From: Oculina patagonica
Taxonomy: Eukaryota
Length of the DNA stretch: 64,000 nt
Assembly: GCF_052425735.1 (NCBI RefSeq)
Contig: NC_135758.1
Span: 25,978,001 to 26,042,000 of the forward strand
Direction: 5' to 3'
Shown: positions 12,933-26,300 of the stretch, one piece after another
How the letters are laid out: the number at the start of each line of letters is the position of its first letter
Position numbering within the stretch: position 1 is the stretch's first letter
Notes under the pieces: model-generated
The model's input: only the letters and a program-made list of their open reading frames with translations
What the model was told of the DNA's origin: nothing
Database searches by the model: none
Program-made: the position numbers and the translations under genes

Positions 12933-15900
12933 GTTTGTTTTTGGTTCTCATCTGGGTTCTCCAGTTTTCCTTCCTCCGCAAAACACAACACTTTTAAATT
13001 CTAATTCAATCGGGAACAGTAGATGAAGAGCCACTCTGTCGACTGTGGAAATATGCCACTGTAAAATTTCATTTTATTATTTTGATAATATACCGGTAAC
13101 CTGAACTGTTGTATTTTCAGTTGAGATCCTGAGTGGTGGAGAGAGTGAAGGGGGTTCAGTGGAAGAAACTGTCTGTCAGGAAACACAGACACCAAGAGCT
13201 GTGTCAAACTCTCATGGTGACGTGGACAAGTCAGTGGTAAGATCTAGATGCCCAATTTTCAAACTTTCTGCTGCCGAAATTAGCATACAATTCCCTATAC
13301 TAACAGTAGAATTCTTATTTCTGGAACCTCCAAGGGAAATGAAAATTTGTTCAGGAAATCAGAGAGTTTGAGAAATCGGGTGTAAAATTGCAGTCTTTGA
13401 CTGAGGAAGGGAAACAGCTTTTAGTACGAGTTATCAGATGGCACAAGAAATCAAGGGTTTAGCAGGGCTGTGCTCTAAGGGTGCACGGGTGCCTCAGGCG
13501 ACTAACTTTTGTTTCTGGGCGACCAGATAATCTTATTTCTTTCATAAAAGCTTTATGCTAGGCACCCTGGCCATGGATCTCATAGTTTGGAACCTTTGGG
13601 TTCCTTGTAATTTTTCTTACAGCACAGCCTTGGTTTAGAGAACAGGCGCAGATCCAGACGAGTTCCCACCATTTAACAGAAATTGGTCACATTTTTTTTA
13701 TGAAGTATATATTTTTAGAGCCACTCCATAATCATTAATTACAATATGAAAATTAATATTGACAAAATCAAAATACCCATAAATGGCACTTCAGGTTTAC
13801 TAGCCAAAATCTAAAACGTTTTCTTGGGGAGCATACAGTGAACCCTCAGTCAGACCCCCATCTGCCCTTCCCCTCCAATCCTTTACAGCACACACCTTCG
13901 GCAATGATGTGTTATTGGAAAATGGTCACTATTTCCTAAAAATAATAATAATATACATAATATTTTAAGAGGAGGCCTCCAATCACCTAGGGGTGGTTTT
14001 CAGGAGGGTCCTCTGGATCCATGCCTGGAGAAACTGGGATTCTACTGGTCAGGAATCAAAAGTGGATCCAGGGGTTCGGCCACATACTTTTTCAAACCCA
14101 GCCAACCCCACCCCTCCCTGGGAGAGATGACAATATTGTTTTTAAAATTATGTTATTATCTCATTTATCTGAAATTTCATGTAGTTTGTCACTGAACCTC
14201 TTTCTGTTTCTTAATATGCTTTTAGAAAAAGAAAGGTGGATGGCCAAAAGGTAAGAAGAGACGCAAGACGTTCCGTGACAGCAATGCACCAAAGGCCCCC
14301 CTGACTGGGTATGTGAGGTTCCTGAATGAGCAGCGAGAGAAAGTTAGGTCAGAACGTCCTGAGTTAAATTTTCCTGAAGTGACTAAACTGCTTGGTGCCC
14401 AGTGGAGTAGACTGTCTGCTGAAGAAAAGCAGGTACTTGTTTGTTCATAGATCTTTATGAAAGGAAAATTTGATAGAGAGGTGATCGTTTCTTTTTCGGT
14501 AACCAGACATCATCATGTACTCAGGTGTTAACACAGGGAGCAGCTCTAGGAACTAAATTTGACCTTTGTGACTATTAAACTGTTCAATCTGTATCATGGC
14601 GCTTGCCATTCATTGGGATCTTTTTGTTTAGGCAACGGTTCAAAGGCGCTAGTATCCTGATGTGCTTGATATAGCCGCCGGCCAAAGTGTCGAACAACAT
14701 CGTGATCGTATTCAGTTTTATTTTATTTTTATTCTTTATAATTTTAATCAAGCAAATAAAATTAGCACAAGCAAGACTGGATCTTAAGTCAGGTTGCACT
14801 TTGCTGGTGCCTATAATCTTTACATACACTACTTTTGGGTAGAAAGTGGAGGGGGACAGGAGGTCACTATCCATAGAGAATAAGGGTGGGAGAAGAGCTA
14901 AGGAAGTTAGATTTTACAGGTGGTGGAACAGGATAAAAGGGAGAAATGGAGAAAAATTTAAAAAAGATGACTTTAAAAAAAACCTACTTTAGCTTTGTAG
15001 GGTAACACAATTACTCGTTTCCCAGTAGTTTTAATTGTGGCCGTGAATCGCCAATCGAATGGGAATTAAGAAGTGTTGATTATTTGTGGAGGGAGGAAAA
15101 CTGGAGTACCCAAAGAAAACCCCTCGAAGCAAAGACAAGAACCAACAACAAACTCAACCCACATATGAGGTCAGGTCTGGGAATCAAACCCAACCACAAT
15201 GGTGGGAAGTGAGTGCTCTCGCCACTGTGCTATCCCTGCTCCCCAAGAATGAAAATAGTGTTGCAACATTGTGCAATATTTTGTAAAAGAAGTTGTACAA
15301 AGAGGCAATAGCCACTAAGGAAGGGGTAGGAAGTGAGAGTAACAGGTATTAGTAGCAAGAGGATCAGACAAACCCCCCCCCCCCTTACATTAGAGTACCA
15401 CACCTTTCCATCAAGCTTTCCATGGAAAGCATTGTCATTTAATCTTCCAGTGTTCAACTTCAAACTGAGCATTATTTTGCCTGTTTCAGAGATACTTGGA
15501 TGAAGCAGAAAAAGACAAAGAAAGATACATGATGGAATTGGAAGCATATCAGAAAACAGACACTTACAAAAACTTCTTGCAGAAACAAGCAGATAGAAAG
15601 AGAAAAAGTGAAATACCATTCCCTGCTTCCTTTGTACACCTATGTATAACATCCCACGCATTCCCCCTCTCCAGGATCCCTTGACATCTCCCTCAGGGGG
15701 GTACTTGGGACTTCAAGTGACGTGGATGATCGAATGGGGGCAAAAATCAAGACCCAGAAAAATCCCTAGGGCTTCCAACAAAACGCAAAAAAATCCCTGC
15801 ACCAAAAATAACCCCCCTAAAAACACTTATGCCAAATTTCTGACCCTTAAATTTCCAGGTAGGGGGAATATTGATATAGCCAATATAACACACAAAAAAA

Positions 15901-18097
15901 CGTTAGAAATTGAACGCTCGTGTTTGTTTATTCATCATATCATCTGAATTTACCTTTTTCTCATTTGGTAGTCTTTTTAAAAATACTTGCCAAATTTTCC
16001 TACCCTGGCCATTAAAATCCCGGAATCGAAGTTTTGTAACCCCCATAAATCCTTCCATCATCCCCGTCACTTGAAATCCCGTGTACCCATTACACTGATC
16101 CAGAACGCCTGTAGGGAGGTTTATACATGTTTATAACAGGATTTCTTACCTCTGAGACTTTAACTTTTATGTTGGGTTGTTGTAGGATGTGTCCTGGCGT
16201 CTCCAGATAGAAATGTTTCGTTTTGTTTGTTTTGATTCTCATTTAGATGAGGGGGTGAATAGATTCGCGGATCGACGGATTTGGCCTTATATGTAAAATG
16301 CGTACATACGAATTGTGGATTTTTGCAATACCATTGAGCGGATTCGCGGATGTCAAAATACCACGGATCGCGGATAAGCTGAGAATTTTGACGCAGGTTC
16401 CGGTCGACTCCTCATGTCAGGAAGTTCGGATTGTGGATACTAAACGAAGTACGGATCACTTTGGTCGGTCTTCGTCGGTATGAAGCAATGATGCGAAACT
16501 TCTTAAAAAAAGACATAAAAACAACTATACCATTCAAAGTTTTCAAGTAAATTGAACCGATTTGAACGAAAATAGTTGCGAATTGAAGAATTTAGCCAAA
16601 AATTAGAACAGATCGGTGGATTTGCGTACCCCTAGCCTGTTCGTGAAATGTGAAAAATATTCCGAAGCCAGTGATTATGAATGTTATTACGTTGGAAAGG
16701 AAAATCATTTTCATAACGAACCTTACCAAGAGCATTTACCTTATCGGATTCCAAAGGGTGACGTGTAAAATATGTAATTCCAAACGTGGCTGCCATTTTT
16801 AATTTTCCTGCGTCTTCCCAGAAAAGACTCAGAAACGCTTTCCCGTCCGAATTTCAAGGGAGAGGAAGGCCGCCTTACTCTTCCCATGCCTGCTCGCCTT
16901 TTCCCTGACACCAGTTCAGTCGTTTTTTATACAAAAACCTGAAAGCGTAGATCATGTTATCATCAAGCTGATGATAAGCTTGGTTTTCTTTCAGATTTGG
17001 AGAATTCTGACGGATTAGACGGGATGTCCAATGGGATTGAGGTAGAATCGAAATCTGACGAATTTCATAGTTTAATTTATATATCACTGAGTGAAATGCT
17101 ATTTGTGCTCCGTTGCAGCTCTGTGCAGAAGACGACCTCTACTGCAAACCTTGTAATCAGTACTTCAATAACCTTCACAACAAAAGAGAGCACATCTTTG
17201 GACGCAAACACAAGCAGACAGTGTCAGGAAAGTTAAACGAAAGCGAAGAAGAGGAAGAGTTACCGGGATTTAACGCTCCTGTCTTCACGGAGGAATTTCT
17301 AAAACACAATGAAAGTGAGTAATGTCCTCACTTGAGCCAAAGAAGTGTACACCACCGTACAGTCTTATATAAGTGAGTAAATTAGTCATAGGTAAAGACT
17401 GCGTTCAAGTCAAGTGGCCTATATGGGCTGTCCCGGTCTCTGTAGCATGAAGCGACTAGAAGTATTTCTTCTCCCCCCTGGATGGGATGCTTATCAATCG
17501 CAGGTATATTTGTTAACCTCCCAGCATTAGTTTGCCGGTACCCATTTATACACCTGGTTGGAGAGAGACACTATGAGAGTAAAGTGTCTTGACCAAGAGC
17601 ACAACACACAGTGACCCCGCCAGAGTTTGAACCCGGACCGCTAGATTCGAAGTCCAGTGCGCTAACCATTAGGCGACCGCGCTTCGCTTATATCTATCAT
17701 GTGAGTACTTTTTAACTTGCTTTTCCTTTTCTTTACAGTGCGTGAAAATGAACTCAGACAGCTTCGCAAAGCAGCCACTGAATTTGAAGAACAAAACTCA
17801 GTCACCTCTAAACACGTGGACAGCTTGAAACAAGCGATAGGAAAAATCGAAATGGAGACAAACCAACAACGAAACGCCAACATGGTGTTACTCAATCACT
17901 TGAGCAATCTTCGGGCGGCTCTTGTTCAAGCGTTTGCAAACTTGGTGCTTCCAGGCACAAACGAGGTTCCGACATTAGATACTATTGACTCTTATATGAC
18001 CAGACTGTATTCAGTTATACTGGACTCTCCTCAGGAGAATGAGGGACTTATAACGAATGTGCGAGAGATTGTGTCACGTCTTGGCTTTCCCAAGTAA
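11078..18097 (+). CDS. HMG20A: HMG20A/B-like HMG-box chromatin protein (BRAF35/iBRAF family) with an additional U1/matrin-type C2H2 zinc finger
   Basis: Exons 11078-11386 (one apparent +1 frameshift near 11263), 12534-12643, 13121-13236, 14226-14432 ([36 protein letters not shown]...[10 protein letters not shown]), 15490-15607 ([23 protein letters not shown]), 16995-17041, 17119-17314 (zinc finger; PVFTEEFL), 17739-18097 ([10 protein letters not shown]...[17 protein letters not shown] coiled coil). Splice phases are consistent; ~486 aa. Confidence 0.93.
12797..13075 (+). mobile_element. tRNA-derived SINE
   Basis: Pol III A box TGGCGCAGTGG and B box GGTTCGATCCC followed by a non-tRNA body; a reverse copy lies at ~15055-15244. 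Confidence 0.75.
15055..15244 (-). mobile_element. tRNA-derived SINE (same family as 12797)
   Basis: Reverse complement of the GGGAGCAGGGAT.GC.CAGTGG head and the GAGGAAAACTGGAG body. Confidence 0.7.
15692..16089. mobile_element. MITE (GGGGTACT.GGGA.TT.AAGTGAC family; also at 20073 and 58401)
   Basis: TIRs GGGTACTTGGGACTTCAAGTGACG ... CGTCACTTGAAATCCCGTGTACCC; internal similarity to 20073-20535. Confidence 0.75.
16250..16634. mobile_element. MITE with GCGGAT repeats
   Basis: Imperfect terminal inverted repeats AGGGGGTGAATAGATTCGC ... GTGGATTTGCGTACCCCT; internal GCGGAT motifs. Confidence 0.45.
17390..17686 (-). mobile_element. tRNA-derived SINE (second family, core CCAGG.GTATAAATGGGTACCGGC)
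   Basis: Reverse-strand tRNA-like head with B box (GGGTTCAAACTC); related copies at ~19836-20580, 21463-22172, 42770-43000 and 2830-3066. Confidence 0.75.
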
Positions 18098-18123
18098 GTT
18101 GTAGATGGAAACGATAATGAGGT

Positions 18124-18433
18124 CAGGGTTCGTACGCGTCTTGAAAACCCTGGAAAACCCTTGAATTTCAGAAGTTCGATTTCAAGGCCTTGAAAGTACT
18201 TGAAATTGGTTTTTGGTCCTTGAAAGTCCTTGATTTTTGTTATTGAACGTCAAAAGGCTTCAAAATAAGCGATTTTTTTAGTTCTTCAGCAAGCACATCA
18301 ACGGCACAACAGACTGAAATCGTTGGTTTGGGGTAAATTTTATGAAAAAAAGTCCTTGAAATTTCCAGGAAGGATCCTGGAATATCCTTGAAAAGTCCTT
18401 GGATTTTTGGCCTGAAAAAGTGTATGAACTCTG
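18124..18433. mobile_element. MITE just downstream of the HMG20 stop codon (family copy at ~25280-25773)
   Basis: TIRs CAGGGTTCGTAC ... GTATGAACTCTG; TGAGGT duplicated at both flanks; internal AAAGTCCTTGA repeats. Confidence 0.7.
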
Positions 18434-19941
18434 TGAGGTGACTTAGCTACGTCCCGAAGACGCATATTGAAAACTTTACCCGGCTAAATTTGTTGTTTGA
18501 CAGCTTTCATAGTAACCCTTAGTCTCTCTTTTTTTGAGCTCCCCGGCTGTTCTCGCTGACGTGTATCGGCTACCATATTTGTAGTCAATGGTATATGAGC
18601 TCATAAACCACTGCCTGTCAACCAATTAAAGGGCAGGAGCTGCAATATACCATTGCTAGTTTTTAATAATTACATGTATCCCATCAGTGTCCAACGAAGC
18701 AAGAGAGTAAAGTTTTTATGAGTCATGAGTCAATGGGTCAAATTTTTAATTAGAGTTATTAATTTAAAAATTAGTGCTATTCTTACTAACAAATAAAAGC
18801 TAACCGCAAGCAAACCAGAGTAGAACTAACTTTAAGCAAAGTGGAGGGTTGTAAGCTTTCTTGTATAAAGGTAAACAGTGGTTTAATAGATAATATCCTA
18901 CTTTGTGTAAAATTCACCTTGACTCATTGACTTATGACTCGTAGACTCATTTGACTCATAAAACAGGGAACCTCACGAAGCAAACATGCACTCGCCTTCC
19001 TTGCAGACATTCTAGTACTATGAAAGAAGTAGAATTTGACTGTATTTATTTTGTTTTTCTTTCAGCGATGCAGATAAAGGCTTGAATTTGACGGAGTAAA
19101 GTTCCAACACAGGTTTTCAACCTTAAGTGGACTGGAAATAAGGAAGGATCTTTTTCCGCTTGAACGGCACACAGACGCTCTAAGCAGGAGTCAAATCATC
19201 CAATTGCAAGAACAGTATTGATCCTGCAGTATTTTCATATGCGACAGGCTTATTTTGCTCTTATCATTCGTACATTGCAAGCAGAAAGGCGTAATCTTCT
19301 CTTGCGGCCTCAATGTTTGTCAAGTGGTTTTGTTATATCTCACTCCTCCGCTGGGAGACTCCAAGTGAGTCTGGGAGGATCCGCTAAGAAAAGTCAGTCT
19401 TGGCGGCTAGAGGAAGACTGAACTACAGATGCACGAACGCAGGTATGAAACGTCCTACTTTGGAACCTGAAACCGTGCATGTAAAATTGAGGTACAATGA
19501 TCAGCTTGTACGAAATCAAATTTCGTTTCAGATGTCCATTCATTGTTTATGTGTTTTTGAACCTTAAAGGTTACCCATAATGGTCTTTCGTAATGAACAA
19601 TTTACGTGAAAAAAAGTGCAAGTTATTTATGGAATTTTTCGGAAGATATTCTGTATATGTTTTAAATAAAAAAGACAGAATTGAAATGAAGTTAATAACT
19701 TAACTTCCGCTTGATCTAATAATTAGATTACTAGCTGGAAATTTCTGTGAGGTGATGCGGCCTCATCAACTGTCACCTCGTACAAACTAAGGGCGAATAA
19801 TCTATTAAGTACGTCCAATTGAACGATTTCCAATCTTGGGCTCATTGTGCTTCTCTCCACCCAGGTGTGTAAATAGTAACGCTGGGATGGACTAGTATCC
19901 TATCCAGGGGGAAGTAGAAATACTCCCAGTCGCTTCATGCT

Positions 19942-20032
19942 TAGTCCAGTCCCTGAACTCTCCCTACCCCCGCCCTGCATGGTTCAACCCCTACATAGGG
20001 CTCGAAAAAGAGCGAGTTCAAGGACTGGACTA
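19942..20032. mobile_element. 91-bp MITE nested in a SINE, 9-bp TSD
   Basis: TIRs TAGTCCAGTCC.TGAACTC ... GAGTTCA.GGACTGGACTA; TSD CTTCATGCT at 19933-19941 and 20033-20041. Confidence 0.8.
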
Positions 20033-20072
20033 CTTCATGCTACGAAAACCGAGATAAGCTCCGGCCTGAAAG

Positions 20073-20535
20073 CCCAGGGGGGGGGGGGGGGGGGGGGTCG
20101 GGGTACTCGGGATTTAAAGTGACGGGGATGATCAAATAGGGGCAAAAATCGAGACCCAAAAAATCCCTAGGTATTAAACAAAACCCCAAAAAATCCCTGG
20201 ACCAAAAATCAACCCCTAAAAAAACCCCATGACAATTTTCTGACCCATTAATTTTTTTCAGAAAGGGGGAATGATCTGAAGATATAACACAAAGAAACAC
20301 GTTCAGTATTTGTAGTTTATTCGCAGAACTACATGTATGCGGCCAAGGCACTACCACGAATCTTCAGATTGTTTTTGATACCAAAAAGATCCCTACTTAA
20401 AATCAAGCTGGCCACCCAAAAAAAATACTTGCCAAATTCTCCCAGCCAAAAAAATCCCAGAATCGAAAATTTCAAACCCCAAAAAATCCTTTGATCATCC
20501 CCGTCACTTCAAATCCCGAGTACCCCCCCCCTGGG
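20073..20535. mobile_element. MITE with 8-bp TSD nested in a SINE
   Basis: Ends CCCAGGGGG... / ...CCCCCTGGG with ~45-bp TIRs; TSD CCTGAAAG at 20065-20072 and 20536-20543. Confidence 0.85.
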
Positions 20536-21462
20536 CCTGAAAGGCCGCTAGGCTCGTATACAGGCTTTACCTACCTTACCTCTTTAAAAGTCGCAGGTTC
20601 ATTCGCAACTTTTGTTACTTTTTTCCTTGAGTTTCCCCTCCCGTGAATGAAAGGTTAATATCTAATGTCTCTCATAATCATTTTCTACTAAAACGTACAC
20701 AATAGACTACTTTGATTTGGTAATTTGACAGAAATTCGCTTGCAGTTGTACTAGGTTCCGTTTGCACAACTCTATAACGCGGCATGTATGTTGCTGTGAC
20801 TATAATATGATGGCCATAGCAACATGTAATAATAGTATGACAGTAACTGGAGAGTGTGGATTACAATACAAATTAAACGGTAATAGAGTCAAAAGCGATT
20901 AACACAATTTTGTTGTTTAACCCCCGTAAGGTTTTTTCCAAATTTTGAAAAAAGCATTTACCCTACAATGCTGAAACTTTCGGTAGCTGTTCATTCATCC
21001 TTTGCGGAAATTTTGATATGTCAACCATGTGCCCATGGTCTATGACGTTGCCATGGCAACGTCATAAATACAAGCAGGTCTTGCCAAAAATCGTCATTTT
21101 TAACATTTTTCTTGATTTTTTCCAATTTTTTAAAACAGAAGTGCAAGATTTGTTTATTTTTACATTCCATAAGCATTCTAGCTTGATTTTGCATCAATTT
21201 CCGTTATTTCGTGACTTTCTAAGAAAATGTTGAAATCCAAGATGGCGGCTCTTATGACGTCACAGCCAATTAAAATTATGTCATCTTGTAGAGTACGCTA
21301 AGGGCTTTCTTGTCACAGCAAAATAATTTCGCTACGCCTTAATATAACGAAAACTCTGGGGAGGGGTTCCATCCACCCCCCCCCCCCCCTTGTACGATGA
21401 TGGGGGTATGAGTTTGCTTGTACGTCCGAGGGTTAAATTAACTAATCACGAGTACATAAAAA

Positions 21463-22172
21463 GTTAAGTCTGCGTCGAGCCAAGTGGCCCATACCGCCGG
21501 AGTTATCCCGGTTTCCGTGGCGTGAAGCGACTAAGAGTATTTTTACTTCCCACTAGATGAAATGCTAGGTCATCGCAGGGTTACCCCCCACCATTACTTT
21601 GCCGGTACCCATTTATACTCCTGGGTGAAGAGAGGCACAAGTGCCTTACCCCCGGGGGGGGGGGTACTCCATATAACGGCCTATACGGGGAGGCTCCGCC
21701 CGAAAGGGGTACCTTTTTCAGGCTTCAGGTATATGAAAGGGTAGCGATTTCACAAGTTTAGGTATATGAAAGGGTATGAAAATCCGTCATTAAGGTTTTT
21801 TAAAAGGCCTGTAAAATATTTCGAACAGACGCACTTTATGGCTGTATTATTTTAATTTATTAGGCACTACATAAAAATGACAAGCAAACGTCCTGTTCTA
21901 AGGATATGTCACGTCTTTTAGGTATATGAAAGGGGTACCTTTTTTCAGTAAAAGGTATACGAAAGGGGTACAATTTCTGTCAAAATGGTATATAAAAGGG
22001 TAAGGGGTAAGAGCATGGGGCGGACCCTCCCCGTATAAAACTTTTTTGAGTGCCCCCCCCCCCCCCCGGGGCCTTACCCAAGAACACAACACAGTGACCC
22101 CGTCCAGAGCTCGAAACCGGACTGCTCGATCCGAAGTTCAGCGCGCTAACCCTTAGGCCACCGTGCCTCCCA
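21463..22172 (-). mobile_element. tRNA-derived SINE interrupted by a MITE
   Basis: The two halves (21463-21650 and 22071-22172) join into the same SINE seen at 17390-17686. Confidence 0.75.
21651..22070. mobile_element. MITE with 8-bp TSD
   Basis: Termini CCCGGGGGGG / CCCCCCCGGG; TSD GCCTTACC at 21643-21650 and 22071-22078; internal AAAGGGTA repeats. Confidence 0.8.
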
Positions 22173-22546
22173 CAATCACGAGTATGATTACAGAGGAAAT
22201 CGGACGACAAAAAGCCTGGTACCAATAATCGTTTGCTGTTCATGGATCGGTTCAACGTTTAGAAGGCTAAAAAAAAGTTACATTTGTTCCGTCAGCGAGA
22301 GGCGTGTCGTTTAGTGGCGTGAAGTGTATATGCTGAAAAAAAAAACTGAAATCTACAGGAATCAAAAGTTATTCTTGCTCTTAAAAATAATTTGTGTAAT
22401 TTTTCAAAAATAGTGTGCTGATGTAATGCTAACGAAAAATGCTATGAAAACTTCTAGAATAATAATATTGGAGTGCTTTTAAACCGTTTGAGAGAAGTAA
22501 TCAAAAAACTGGCCCCTGGAGTAACCTCTGGAGAGTAAACTGTACC

Positions 22547-23134
22547 TAGGGCTTTCCACAAGTTGCTCGAGATTTCCAAAAAAGTTGCCCGTAATTTCTC
22601 AAAAAGTTGCTCAAAAGTTGCTCCAAAAATACAAAAAAGTTGCTTCTGATAATAAAAGTTGCTCGAAAGTTGCTCCAAAACGCTGCTTCTTATCTCTAAA
22701 TATATGCTAATTTATCTTTGAGAGTAAGATTTCTAAGCAGTTTTATGCACTTTTACAGCAAAAGAAGTATCTAAACAACATATTAGGGGGAAAATTTGTC
22801 AAATAACAAGGAATTCTTGAACTGAGAAAAATCGTGATGATATCGATGACGTCATGTTTGTGACGAGTTTTGTAATGTTTTAATATGCAGAATGAGCCGA
22901 AAGGTGGAACGTCTTCAGATGTTCCTCGAAAATCTTCGGCAAACTTCGTAAATCTTCGGAAACGTTCGTATTGCCTTTGAACAACACTCGGATTATCTTC
23001 GGAGATCTTCGGTCTGGAAATTGCTTAAAATGCAAAAAGTTGCTCGAGAGAGAAAAAGTTGCTTGAAGGGGAAAAAGTTGCTCGAAACATGAAAAGTTGC
23101 CAAAAAGTTGCCGAGCAACTTGTGGAAAGCCCTA
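22547..23134. mobile_element. hAT-like non-autonomous transposon in the DNAJA promoter region
   Basis: TIRs TAGGGCTTTCCACAAGTTGCTCG ... CGAGCAACTTGTGGAAAGCCCTA; 8-bp TSD ACTGTACC; subterminal AAAAGTTGCT repeats. Confidence 0.85.
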
Positions 23135-23324
23135 ACTGTACCATCAACTGGAACCTAATCTCCTTACTCTGGTAGCCACAAACGAGAAGTACTGGGACCA
23201 ATATTGCGACATTCACATGCGGAAAGCTCAACACACATGCGTCAGCGGAAAACGAAATTGTGGCAGATTTTCAGAGTTGAGGAACTCAATTTCCTTGAAA
23301 TAAAGACAACGTTTCACTCTAGTT

Positions 23325-26300
23325 ATGGTCAAGGAGACGAATTTTTACGGTAAGGCTTTGAATTTACTTTTCTTTAGCGTGATTGATCTTTTTTTCGTTA
23401 GAAATTTCAAGCTGTACGTCGAGATGTTTGTTCGCCGGGTGTTTCATTTTCATGCCTGACAACGAAGCACATGATGGCTTGTGTAATTCCGTGTTCTTTC
23501 CACAGATCTTCTCGGCGTTGATCCGTCTGCTACTTCTAGTGAAATAAAGAAGTCTTATCGTAAACTTGCGCTGAAATATCATCCGGATAAAAACCCCGAT
23601 GCCGGTGACAAGGTAATGCTACTGTTAGTCAAAAATAATTTATACGTTAACGGCGTTCCTTCAGTTTGCTGTATTTCATTTCAGGAAATTGACATCATAT
23701 TCAAGATTTATTTAATGGCGCAAAAAAGACTGTCTTTGAAGCTACCTCCGTATTGCTTACTTATCAAGATGAGATTGAGTTAATTGAAATAAACGAGGAC
23801 TTTGTTTTTGTATATATACCCAGACAGCTCCACGACCGGTTCAATATAATTTCATGAACTTACTTCCAAACTTGTCAGCTTTCTTGGCGCTTGGCTACTG
23901 ATAAAGGCTACTTCAAGAGTTACAAATAAAGTACAATTGGCGATAAGCCCGCTTCTTAATCGTCTTTAAGCTTAATTCTATTAACAAAAGTAACAAGAAA
24001 ACACCATAATCCAAGACATGTCGAAACAAGCTGACTCATTCTTTTAATAATAGCTACACGTCGAATAATCGAATTTATAATCAGCTTAAAACTCAAACAT
24101 CAAAACATTTCTTTTGAATTCTTAGAGAAATGTATCTCCAATGCCTTAACATGTATTTTTAGGACATTAGGCATTTGTATAAGGTTTTTTGCAGAAACAG
24201 ATAATGGTACAATTACATTCTGTAGTGCAGTGATACCCTGTCTGTTGCTCCTTGAAATTCTGGATTTGTAATATTGTAATTAGACTGAGTGAAGTGCAGT
24301 TCTGCGAGAAACTGGGAAAGTGATAATTTTAAATCCCATAAGGCCGATTTGAAATTTCAAGCGGGTTACTCCCTGAATTGTACAGTCAGGGCTCAAAAAA
24401 AAAAAAAATGAAAAGTTACTTGACCAAAAGGAAAATCTACTCGTCCTAGATGACCACATATATGGCACATTTTTTTCAAGCCTTGTACAATGGAACCTTG
24501 ATTTAACAAGGTCTAATAACCAAGTCTGTAACCAGGTCCGTAGTGGTGGTCCATGCACAAGGTCCAAATGGTTGGTCCATGTTTTGTATGATTTGAATTG
24601 TTTCAAACTGGAAAGTTGCTTAGGAGGCAGCTTAAAATTAAAATAGCCAACTGGTTTGCCTCCTGCCAGTTGGGATTTGTAACCTTGTTAATCAAAAACA
24701 ACGTTAATATTAATTTGTTCATATGTTTGAATACTCGGCCCTATTATATCACATGTAGCACTAGTTGTGCTAAGGCAGTTACCAATGGTTAACAAATGAC
24801 TTTTTTCCTTAAATTTTTTAAATCGTTAAACAAAGAACCTGTTTTATTTCCCCTAATTAGTTTCAAGTTACTAGAGTTCAAGCATTAATTTTAAGTCTTC
24901 GATTTACAGTTTAAGCAGATTTCCCACGCTTACGAAGTTCTATCGGATGAGAAGAAGAGGAAAATTTACGATGAAGGAGGAGAGGAAGCTCTGAATAGTG
25001 GCGGTGACATGGGTGGATTTCATTCACCTATGGATATCTTTGACATGTTCTTTGGAACAGGTCACGGTCGAAGCAGAGGGAATCACAGTGAAAGGAAAGG
25101 GAAGGACATGATTCACCAGCTCAAGGTATGTGTACATGAACTTCTAGTTTATATAAAGAATTATTGCTAAAAGTCTTGAAAAGGTACATGTACGTGATTT
25201 ATGGTTTACTTTTTTTTTTTTCGTGGTGGTTTCTAAAAGAAATAGAAAACATGTTTTTCGTGTTTCTGTCGAGTTATACCAGGGTTTGCACAGTCTTGAT
25301 AAGTCCTTGAATTGTAGGGGGAGTCCTTTAAAAGTCCTTGAAATTTATTCCGTTTTTCCTTGAAAAGTCCTTGAATTTTCTTCAACTTTGAATGTTGTGC
25401 GGTAGAAAGAGAATTGCTTAACATAGACTTTGGTCTTTTCCTGCATAAAGCAGCTTCAAACACTGAAAAAGGCCGGGTGTAAAAGCAGCTGATGAAGGGA
25501 AATTGAGAAGCAAAGTAATCCAACCACGCAAGTGAGTTCAAATGTCAGTGAAACAAATTCACCAGCGGGTTTGTATAGAACTCTTAATTATTGTCCTGTG
25601 CATGCCGCATGCATTTTAGGTATTTTAAAACCTTTTAAGCCTGTTAGCTTGGACTGGAAATGTGCATTAATGTACCATCTGTGAAATTACATTCCTGGTA
25701 GGTGGTCCTTGAAAATTCAGTTTGGTCCATGAAAAGTCCTTGAGAAATGGTTGCAATTATTTGTATTAACCCTCTCCTCCAAAACTTTCACAAGTGTTTC
25801 TACAATGTATAATACATTGTAGAAACACTTTTTTTCGAGAACTCACGTTTTTTTTGAGAACTCAAAAAAGCTGTGGAAACACTCGCCTTTTGGCTCGTGT
25901 TCTCACAGAATTTCTCGTTCTCAAAAGACGTCTATAACTCAATAGAAACACATAACATGTTTTCTAATAATTTCTTAAGTAGATTTGCCAAAACTCGCAC
26001 TTATTCCCCCAAATGTATAAATTTATCCTTTATTTAACAATATATTTTAACTTTGTCAGGTTTCCCTGGAAGACATGTACAATGGTACAACAAGACAGTT
26101 GGCCTTGCAGAAAAATGTGATCTGCTCCAAGTGTGAAGGACGAGGTGGAAAGAAGGTGTGTGGTAACAATTAAGATTGTTTACATTATAAATCTGTGAAA
26201 ATTTTAAAGGTCAGCAAAAAGGAAATTATTGAATTTGATAATTTGTTTTTACTGGATCTGTGCATTCAGCTGAACACACGGCAAGCAAACGTACAAGAAG

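Noticed and set aside
22905-23012. Canonical heat-shock element array upstream of DNAJA
   Set aside because: GAA/TTC spacing does not fit nGAAnnTTCnnGAAn, and the same sequence occurs in dispersed repeats at 32.8 kb and 42.4 kb.
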